From Flavobacteriales bacterium (lineage in GTDB: Bacteria; Bacteroidota; Bacteroidia; Flavobacteriales_F; PHOS-HE28), in NCBI GenBank assembly GCA_031421755.1, contig JANOPI010000208.1, positions 1 to 54,279 on the forward strand: 54,279 nucleotides of DNA. The letters are read 5' to 3'. Of this stretch, positions 48,601 through 54,279 are shown piece after piece. The translations under genes and the position numbers were made by a program. The notes below the pieces were generated by a model. That model had not been told where the DNA came from and ran no database searches. It saw only the letters and a program-made list of their open reading frames with translations. How positions within the stretch are numbered: position 1 is the first letter of the stretch; each line of letters opens with the position of its first letter.

Positions 48601-49028
48601 CGGTGAGCTTCACCATCGGTACGGGCAGCTACCATGTAGCCGTTCGCCATCGCAACCACTTAGGGGCGATGACAGCCGGTGCCATCGCGCTGTCGGGCAC
48701 TACGGCCAGCGTCGATCTCACAACGTCCGTAACCACCACCTATGGCACCGATGCGCGCAAAGCGGTCGGTAGCATCCAAGCGCTATGGACCGGGGATGTC
48801 AGTTTCAACAAGGAGCTGAAATACACGGGCAGCGCCAACGACCGCGACCCGATCCTGGTAACGGTGGGCAGCACCACCCCCAATAACACGGTGGCGGGCT
48901 ACCTCCTCCAGGACACGAACCTGAACGGCATCGTCAGCTACACGGGCAGCGCGAACGACCGTGACCTGATCCTGGTGAACGTCGGCAGCACCACCCCGAA
49001 CAACACCCGGTTGGAGCAGCTTCCCTGA
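45615..49028 (+). CDS. Secreted multidomain protein with a proprotein-convertase P-domain (about 47860-48270) and duplicated C-terminal Ca-binding-like motifs. The N-terminal ~500 aa are of unknown family.
   Basis: The start is set at the signal peptide MKYVLAIAIVASCGLVTHAQ (ATG 45615). The P-domain string is ITHTWTSDLRLSLQSPTGT...GQVMEGTWTLRVQDVATQDAGSINSWCL. The C-terminus has 2 copies of YTGSANDRD.ILV.VGSTTPNNT. Confidence 0.7.
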   Translation: MKYVLAIAIVASCGLVTHAQTQAPMARPLPGGQVEISIDREVPVEFLGTVQPFTSWDSTQVFPNVPVRDRNGLLVKRYPPGTKASRLHDHVDPTAQPLGQDPALQTAGPLHGFERAVDISVDGIVNSGVNPPDPCLAVGPNHVIQMINGSGGAYFRICDKSLATIGAAQTYMDNFLAAQLSYSGLGDPVVVYDALADRWLISEFTSNNNNLIVAISQTPNPTGAWYVYSYTATNFPDYPKYGVWNNCYVVTSNESSPAIYALPRANMLAGTAGTAVRFTVSSYATIGFQACTPVHFGGGDAPPAGAPAMFMRMADDAWTTSTTDVDRLELWNINYNAGTPASSTISGPTALNTEAFDTGLCGYTSFACMNQPGSATTLDPLREVLMNRISYRNLTATQGYEAIACSHVTDVSFGSDRGGVRWYELHRTGGSANPWSLYQQGTYSPDANDRWMSGIAINQNGDIGLCYNISGTTGGNVYPGIRYTGRYRADPLGQMTFAETTIVAGAASNSSNRYGDYASLDVDPADGTSFYGTAQYNPAAAWSTRMFKFSIVPLGCTHPTASRSTADNCGAGTFDLSVTIGSNGDSPDYDVYTSVNGAGQTFNSTRTPGTYLIGTYAFGTAVVVQVRHNGDPACDQTLATATSTGTSCCTAPTATVPVTCLGLTQYQFNVNLTALGSATSIAIQVDNDAGGPNGYTTLQTVTGTGTYGPFGPYATSAAVHVRLVHDLFAQCSLDLNNVVGNCNSPGAGCVYNNTTTTNIVDNTTVTNTIIVPALGGATIIDLNVYVNITHTWTSDLRLSLQSPTGTIINMIASGLCTNSDNIIAEFDQQAASLIGAVCPMNNIFARPSATFGGFNGQVMEGTWTLRVQDVATQDAGSINSWCLIPTLSSPNILVSPKVFLEGPYSTGTGLMSDALRAASFIPASEPYTGLGYTFTGAPGAGGSLGAGVLTVTGNNAIVDWAIVELRTAASPAVVAASCAALVQCDGDVVALDGSSPVSFTIGTGSYHVAVRHRNHLGAMTAGAIALSGTTASVDLTTSVTTTYGTDARKAVGSIQALWTGDVSFNKELKYTGSANDRDPILVTVGSTTPNNTVAGYLLQDTNLNGIVSYTGSANDRDLILVNVGSTTPNNTRLEQLP

Positions 49029-49041
49029 CCGGTCTCTACTG

Positions 49042-49132
49042 GGACCGCCGGGCTCCCGCCCGGCCTCAGAACGGACCGCCAGTGAACGGCATAAGCCGGG
49101 GCAGCCGGGCCCGCCGGACTCCCGCCCGGCCT
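49042..49132 (+). repeat. Two direct copies of the family-2 hairpin element, 66 nt apart, just downstream of the P-domain gene. They may act as terminator-like stem-loops.
   Basis: GGACCGCCGGGCTCCCGCCCGGCC has its stem at 49047-49064. GGCCCGCCGGACTCCCGCCCGGCC has its stem at 49113-49130, with one mismatch. No U-tract follows either copy. Confidence 0.7.
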
Positions 49133-49206
49133 GATGGACCAAAAGTCAACCCATCCTGCTTGGCCAGTACCTTGCCTTTACCCCTCGCCCCCTATCTTCG
49201 GGAACC

Positions 49207-49629
49207 ATGATCCCGACACGCCCTCTTGCCACGCTGGTGGAAGCCCCGGAGGCACCCACTATTGTCGAGCCCATCGAACCGGCGCTCAAGGAAGAGCTGC
49301 TCACGCACGTCGATGAGCGCGGGCAGGTCACCGTACGCTGCCGCTTCGATAGCGCCGACTTCAACCTGATCCGCATCTGGCGCAGCACCTACTTGGTCTG
49401 CTACGATACCGGCCACCGCAGCGAACTCCTGCACGCCGATGGCATCGCCATCGCCCCGCAATGGATGCCCGTGCTGCCCGGTGCAGCCGCCATGTTCACC
49501 CTCGTCTTTGCGCCGCTGCCCAAGGAATGCTCGGCCTTCGATCTGGTGGAAGACATCCCGCAAGCCGGAGGCTTCCATGTAGCGGGCATCGGCAGGAATA
49601 GAAGGGATATGTATGAGGTGGGGGTGTGA
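49207..49629 (+). CDS. Hypothetical protein (140 aa).
   Basis: ATG start and GC-rich third positions like the neighbouring genes. I recognise no motif. Confidence 0.5.
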   Translation: MIPTRPLATLVEAPEAPTIVEPIEPALKEELLTHVDERGQVTVRCRFDSADFNLIRIWRSTYLVCYDTGHRSELLHADGIAIAPQWMPVLPGAAAMFTLVFAPLPKECSAFDLVEDIPQAGGFHVAGIGRNRRDMYEVGV

Positions 49630-49673
49630 GGTGAGACGTTCGGCAGAGCGAAGCACCAGAATTCACAGGCTGA

Positions 49674-51023
49674 TCAGGCCGCTTTCTCAATAGGGTCGCT
49701 AGTGGTGCATGACCCTTCTGCGCGGAACCATGCGCGGGCCTCATCCACCGCATCTGCCACCGCGTTCGCTGCCTGCACAGCTTGATCGGTCGTGTGCTTC
49801 GCCATCACCTGCAAACGGAAACGCGCCGCACCCACCCCTACTGCGGGGAACTCCACCAGGTTGGCGAAGACGCCTTGCTCGCTGAGTATTCTGCTGGCTA
49901 TCCGCGCCACCTTTTCATTCCCGACCGGGACCGGCACGATGGCGGATGGCACACCCATGCAGGTCGGTCCCTTCGCGCGAAAGGCTTCCCGTAAGCTCAC
50001 AGAATTCCGCATGAGGTCCGCTCGGAGCGTGTCCCCCTCTTGAGATTGGACAACCCCGATGCATTCACGCACCACGGCGGCCTGTATCGGCGAGAGCGCG
50101 TTGCTGAAGGTGTGTGGTCCACCATAGTACTTGATGTACTCCTTCACTGCGGGCGACGCGCACGCGACGAATCCGCCATTGCTCGCGAACGTCTTGGAGA
50201 AGCTGCCCATAACGAGGTCGATCTTGCCCACCATGCCTTGCGCGCCGATGGACCCGCCGCCTTGCGGACCGAGCGCGCCGAGGTCATGCGCCACATCCAC
50301 GAGCAGCGTTGCACCGTACCGATGCGCCAGCTCCTGTGTAGCGCGAAGGTCCGGCACATCGCTGTCCATAGAGAAGAGTCCCTCGGTGATGACCATGATA
50401 CCGTTCCGAGCATCGTTGTGTCGGATCGCGGACAGCTTCTCTTCCAGATCGCCCAGGTCCAAATGACGGTGCCGGGTAACGTGGCCGGTGGCCGCTCGTG
50501 CGCCTTCTTGAAGGCAAGCGTGCGAAAGCACGTCCATGACGATATGGTCATCGGGCCGCACGAGCGCCTTTACTATGCCGAAGCCCGCGCCCCATCCGGT
50601 AGGGAACAGGACGACCTCCGGCAACTGGACGAGCTGGGCGATGGCTTCTTCCAGTTCCAACGACAGCCGTGTGTTGCCCAGAAGGCAGGCGGAACCTGCG
50701 CTGTGAACACCGAAGACACCCGCCGTGCGTTGCGCAGCTTCGATAATAGCGGGGTGGGAGCTCAGTGAGAGGTAGTCCTGGGAAGCGAAGTTGATGCCTG
50801 CTCCACGCGAACCCTCCGCATCGCGGATGGAGCAATGGGTAAGCGGCGCTCCGTCCAGGGAACGGGCGTAGGGCCATACCCCGAGTTGCCGCCTGGCCGA
50901 TTGCCAGTGGTAGTATGATCCCGTGCGGGCAAGCAGATCGTTGCCCACCGGTTGGGCGAAGTGGGCCATGCTGTGCGAAAGGGCATCAACAGTAGCATTC
51001 GCTCGGGAGAGTGGAGGTCGCAT
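49674..51023 (-). CDS. PLP-dependent alpha-oxoamine synthase family acyltransferase (8-amino-7-oxononanoate synthase / serine palmitoyltransferase-like).
   Basis: FASQDYLSLS, a DVAHDLG-type Asp region and the PLP lysine in GSFSKTF. The ORF is open to 51410, and M at 51023 (MRPPLSRA) is taken as the start. The start is uncertain, with 51179 as an alternative. Confidence 0.8.
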   Translation of the reverse strand: MRPPLSRANATVDALSHSMAHFAQPVGNDLLARTGSYYHWQSARRQLGVWPYARSLDGAPLTHCSIRDAEGSRGAGINFASQDYLSLSSHPAIIEAAQRTAGVFGVHSAGSACLLGNTRLSLELEEAIAQLVQLPEVVLFPTGWGAGFGIVKALVRPDDHIVMDVLSHACLQEGARAATGHVTRHRHLDLGDLEEKLSAIRHNDARNGIMVITEGLFSMDSDVPDLRATQELAHRYGATLLVDVAHDLGALGPQGGGSIGAQGMVGKIDLVMGSFSKTFASNGGFVACASPAVKEYIKYYGGPHTFSNALSPIQAAVVRECIGVVQSQEGDTLRADLMRNSVSLREAFRAKGPTCMGVPSAIVPVPVGNEKVARIASRILSEQGVFANLVEFPAVGVGAARFRLQVMAKHTTDQAVQAANAVADAVDEARAWFRAEGSCTTSDPIEKAA

Positions 51024-51369
51024 GGCTTTGGGGCTATCGGCCTTGCGAAAGTCCCGAAACCCGTGACCGGTCAAGAGGGGTGAATTCACACCCAGCTTGC
51101 CGGTATTTCTACCGGAGGGATCGATCGGATGGTTAGTTTGGTTTGCTGAACCGATAACTACCACCACGATGTCTTCCATGCGACACACACAAGTAGGGGA
51201 AGTGAGAGAAGGGCACGAGCGTGACGCTCGCGCCAGAACAGGGAGAGAAGGATAAGAGCGTAACACCCTCGGCAGGTAAGGGGGTTGAATGTTGCCAACC
51301 GCTGCGCGTCGCTTGGCGAAGCTTGCATAATTCGTATTCGGCAAACAGTAACCAACCAGCACACTCATC

Positions 51370-52290
51370 ATGAATACATCTATTGCTCGCACCCTTCGTT
51401 CAACGGCCATTGGTGGAATAGCAGGCTTAGCCGCATTGGGACTTTACGCGCTTGTCGACTATTCTTCTGGAAGAGGCAAAGATTACGAGGACCAATTGGA
51501 GTATCGGGCTGTGGTTAACCGGACTCGGCTAGGCCTCATGAGCCAAGCCTTCACTGACCATTTTCGCGTGGACGAAAACGTAGCCGTTCAAGGAATCGAG
51601 TATGAACTACCATGGTCCGAGTTGAGGCAGTTGGTGGCACCCACACCTGCGGAAGGAGTTAAGAATGGGGTCAAGTTCATCTATGGTCTTAAAAATGGCA
51701 CGTTCAGCCTTGCGCTCTCTCCGCTCAGATTCATGGCACCCGTGAAGGACACCGTGTTCCCATATGTCGATACGAGTTCGGATGTCTACATGCTACTGGG
51801 TCGCGTTCTGACAAAAGTGCCACGCGAGGATTGGATGGACGAGTACCATGAAGGAGGGCTGTTCAGGACCGGGCGATACCTGAGAGAAATGGAGATCAAA
51901 CGATTCAGCGCCGGTGATTTTGAGAAGATCAAGACTTCGGATGCGAGCGCCGAGGTGTTCGCTTGGGAAGATGAGCTGCTGCGGATGCACGACCAGACCA
52001 TACCATATCTCGATCCGCGTGACTCCATACTCTACGCTGTTGTGCGCTGCGTGTCGGAACCGGACGAGGCGCTCATCGCGCCCTCGTATCCCTACAAGCA
52101 CCGACTCTGCATTTTCCTTCGCAAGTGGCGCACGGACGGCTCCGGATACAGGGACCTTTTAGATGACAAGATGGACTACAGGACGTCGGATTCGAGCGCT
52201 GCGTTGCCGTTCCGGATGAAAGGAGCGGATTTCGGCAACCTATGCCCCCCAAGCTGCGACACATATACCTTGACCAAAGACGTACCCTGA
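51370..52290 (+). CDS. Hypothetical protein with an N-terminal TM anchor (306 aa), lower GC than its surroundings.
   Basis: The ATG start is followed by RTLRSTAIGGIAGLAALGLYALV (a positive-inside anchor). No family recognised. Hand-counted GC is about 45-55% per 60-nt line, against about 58-63% on lines sampled elsewhere. Confidence 0.6.
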   Translation: MNTSIARTLRSTAIGGIAGLAALGLYALVDYSSGRGKDYEDQLEYRAVVNRTRLGLMSQAFTDHFRVDENVAVQGIEYELPWSELRQLVAPTPAEGVKNGVKFIYGLKNGTFSLALSPLRFMAPVKDTVFPYVDTSSDVYMLLGRVLTKVPREDWMDEYHEGGLFRTGRYLREMEIKRFSAGDFEKIKTSDASAEVFAWEDELLRMHDQTIPYLDPRDSILYAVVRCVSEPDEALIAPSYPYKHRLCIFLRKWRTDGSGYRDLLDDKMDYRTSDSSAALPFRMKGADFGNLCPPSCDTYTLTKDVP

Positions 52291-52358
52291 CCTATACACG
52301 GTAGCGCCACATCGTAACTTTCAAGACGATCCTCATCTGTTCGGCCATCATCTTCGCT

Positions 52359-52949
52359 TTGGTGGCATGGCTTCGACTGCCCTCGAACGGAGGATTCTTC
52401 GAGAACGTCGGCGTCGTGCTTGTGATCATCGCACTCGCGGAGATCATTGGAGGTGTTCTCTCGATGATGCACATCACCAACAACGTGGTCTACAATCTGT
52501 CTTGGCCAATGGAATTCGCCGTCCTCATGCGTATCGCATTGGGACAGATGAAGGAACATGGTCGAATGATCCTGGTCTTTAGTGCGATGTTCGCGTGTGC
52601 TTGGCTCAGTGAGCTGTTCTTTGGGAACATCCTTGAACGTCTGGCGACGATCAGCGTGATGACAGGTGCAGTGATGGTCACTGTCGTCTATGCCTTGTTG
52701 CTTTGGCGGTTGGTGAACGATTGGGAAGGGTCGCTCCGTCGAGCACCGCAATTCTGGTTCTACCTTGGGGTAGCGCTCTACTTCAGTGCGTGTACCCCGC
52801 TTCTAGGAAGCATGAACTATTTCGCAGCATTGGACCGCTCGTTGGCGAGCAAACTCTATTGGTTGCTTCAAGCCGTTTGCGTGATCCACTATTGGATGAT
52901 CGGCAAAGCCTGTTTGGTTGAACGCAGCGCCTTGATCGCACAGCGATGA
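52359..52949 (+). CDS. Hypothetical polytopic membrane protein, translationally coupled to the downstream histidine kinase.
   Basis: The ORF track starts it at TTG. It has 5-6 hydrophobic segments and shares an ATGA overlap with the kinase start at 52946. The reading frame is open back to 52305 and encodes more hydrophobic residues there, so the true start is unclear. Confidence 0.6.
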   Translation: MVAWLRLPSNGGFFENVGVVLVIIALAEIIGGVLSMMHITNNVVYNLSWPMEFAVLMRIALGQMKEHGRMILVFSAMFACAWLSELFFGNILERLATISVMTGAVMVTVVYALLLWRLVNDWEGSLRRAPQFWFYLGVALYFSACTPLLGSMNYFAALDRSLASKLYWLLQAVCVIHYWMIGKACLVERSALIAQR

Positions 52950-53719
52950 ACAGCGACATTGATATCGCCACTGCTGCGTTACTGGCGACGCTGGTATTGT
53001 TGCTCTTCACAGGGATAGCTGTGTTGTTGCTGATCACCATCCACACGCGCCGCACAAAACACCGCGCCCACCTTGCCGAACTGCGCCTCACCCACGACCG
53101 TGAAGTCATGGACGCCGAGCGCGAAGCCCAACGCCAGACCCTGCAAGAAGTAGGACGAGAACTCCACGACAACCTGGGCCAGCTGCTCACTGTAGTACAG
53201 ATGGGCCTTTATGCCGAGCTGGAGGATGACGGGAAGAAGCAGCGCATACACGAGGCGGTGAACACCTTGGAACTGAGCATCGAGGAAGTGCGCCGCATGG
53301 GTCGGTCGCTGAACAGCGATATGTGGGAGCAGCGCAGCATCACCGAGGCGATCACGGCGGAGGCGGAGCGCATCGAGCGGATGGGTTTGGCCAAGGTGCA
53401 TCTGCTGGTGAAGGGCGAACCGCCCGACCTGTCGCCGGATGCCAAGACCATCCTCTTCCGTGTTTTTCAGGAAGTGGTGAACAACGCGTTGAAACATGCG
53501 GGCGCGGACCGCATCGACGTATCGCTCACGGACGGGGCGACACCCACACTGACCATCACCGACAATGGTCGCGGCTTCGACCCGGAGAAGGCGAAGACGG
53601 GCAGTGGCACGGTGAACATTCGCCGCCGGTGCGAGATGATCGGATTCGTTGCGGAACTTCACACCGCGCCTGGGCAGGGCACCACTTGGCGCATCACACG
53701 GAACGGACATGTCGCATAG
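52946..53719 (+). CDS. Sensor histidine kinase, HisKA_3 (NarX/LiaS/DesK-type), with a single TM helix and no extracytoplasmic sensor domain.
   Basis: H-box ELHDNLGQ, N-box EVVNNALKHA, G1 ITDNGRGFD and G2 GSGTVNI. Only about 7 residues precede the single TM helix. Confidence 0.9.
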   Translation: MNSDIDIATAALLATLVLLLFTGIAVLLLITIHTRRTKHRAHLAELRLTHDREVMDAEREAQRQTLQEVGRELHDNLGQLLTVVQMGLYAELEDDGKKQRIHEAVNTLELSIEEVRRMGRSLNSDMWEQRSITEAITAEAERIERMGLAKVHLLVKGEPPDLSPDAKTILFRVFQEVVNNALKHAGADRIDVSLTDGATPTLTITDNGRGFDPEKAKTGSGTVNIRRRCEMIGFVAELHTAPGQGTTWRITRNGHVA

Positions 53720-54279
53720 CGTAGCATTGATCGACGACCACAACCTTGTTCGCAGCGGTATCGCCGCGATGGTGAACAGCGTGGGCGGGTATACCGTAAC
53801 CATGGAAGCGGCGAACGGGCGCGAGTTCATGCGCGCGCTCAGTGGCCAGGACGAACCCGCCATCGCGATCGTGGACCTCTTCATGCCGGTGATGGACGGC
53901 TTCGAGACCATCGCCTGGTTGAAGCAGAACGCGCCCGGGATACGCACCTTGGCACTCACCTTCGATGCCAGTGATGATGTGATGGTGCGCGCTGTGCGGG
54001 CTGGTGCGCGGGGCTTTCTGTTGAAGAACGCGCGCCCAGCCGTGCTGAAGGTGGCGCTGGATTCGCTCATGCTCACGGGCTACTACCACAGCGACGAGCT
54101 GCATGAGACCTTGGTGGACAGGCAGCACCTGAAGACCCCGCACGAGAAGTCACAGGAGAAGATCCTCGAAGCGATAACGCCGCGCGAGATGGAGTTCCTG
54201 AAGCTGGTTTGCGCGCCCGAGGAATACACCTACGAGCAGATCGCGGACATCATGGGCGTACATCGCCGGACGGTGGACG
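53709..54279 (+). CDS. NarL/FixJ-family response regulator (REC plus LuxR-type HTH), truncated at the 3' end by the window edge.
   Basis: ATG at 53709 overlaps the kinase gene by 11 nt. MSHSVALIDDHNLVRSGI...VDLFMPVMDG...LLKNA, and the HTH begins at TPREMEFLKLV...YEQIADIMGVHRRTVD. There is no stop before nt 54279. Confidence 0.9.
   Translation, partial: MSHSVALIDDHNLVRSGIAAMVNSVGGYTVTMEAANGREFMRALSGQDEPAIAIVDLFMPVMDGFETIAWLKQNAPGIRTLALTFDASDDVMVRAVRAGARGFLLKNARPAVLKVALDSLMLTGYYHSDELHETLVDRQHLKTPHEKSQEKILEAITPREMEFLKLVCAPEEYTYEQIADIMGVHRRTVD

Noticed and set aside
49611-49640. A G-rich stretch, GAGGTGGGGGTGTGAGGTGAG, at the end of the 49207..49629 ORF that resembles the 3' tail of family-1 elements.
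   Set aside because: No palindromic stem accompanies it, and the similarity is limited to a short G/T-rich run.
51024-51410. An N-terminal extension of the alpha-oxoamine synthase ORF to 51410 (578 aa in total).
   Set aside because: The extension (MAVERRVRAIDVF...CVCRMEDIVVVV...) is not family-like. It would run through the lower-GC divergent promoter region and overlap the 51370 gene start. An internal Met at 51023 (or 51179) gives a family-typical length. The exact start remains uncertain.
52979-54076. A 365-aa minus-strand ORF.
   Set aside because: It is antisense to the histidine kinase and response regulator genes, both supported by H/N/G boxes and REC/HTH motifs.

Overview
This is a high-GC (about 60% by hand counts on sample lines) chromosomal segment with Bacteroidota hallmarks. 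These include type IX secretion (T9SS) and gliding components, an F-type ATPase operon without atpD/atpC, and lipoprotein signal sequences. I saw no rRNA, tRNA, CRISPR array, transposase or integrase.

Layout:
- 1-16872: the 3' 16.9 kb of a giant surface protein, truncated at its 5' end by the window edge. It has 59 tandem 88-aa repeats, 2 PKD domains and a T9SS type B C-terminal domain (CTD). A PorP/SprF-family gene follows it directly.
- 17875-24092 (minus strand): bactofilin, a membrane protein, AtpZ and atpBEFHAG.
- 24226-26856: an SprE/PorW-like TPR lipoprotein.
- 27.0-38.3 kb, housekeeping block: M23 peptidase, GH3-family adenylating enzyme, GT-C-like membrane protein, Sua5/TsaC, Crp/Fnr regulator, a Cys-motif protein, dxr, rseP, a CheY-like receiver and an FAD oxidoreductase.
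- 38319-45130: a 2068-aa thioester alpha-2-macroglobulin (A2M) lipoprotein coupled to a DUF1684 gene.
- 45615-49028: a 1137-aa secreted P-domain protein.
- 49207-51023: a small hypothetical gene, then an alpha-oxoamine synthase on the minus strand.
- 51370-54279: a lower-GC pair of unknown genes coupled to a HisKA_3 kinase that has no sensor domain and a NarL-type regulator.

Most notable observations:
1. The hierarchical, indel-free repeat architecture of the giant adhesin.
2. At least four families of short GC-rich palindromic or heptad elements. They occur in intergenic DNA and also in-frame inside conserved genes (dxr, sua5, GH3, A2M), which recalls Rickettsia palindromic elements.
3. A candidate multi-component sensor module, in which a sensor-less kinase is coupled to unknown membrane proteins.

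All family assignments come from motif recognition by eye. No database searches were run.
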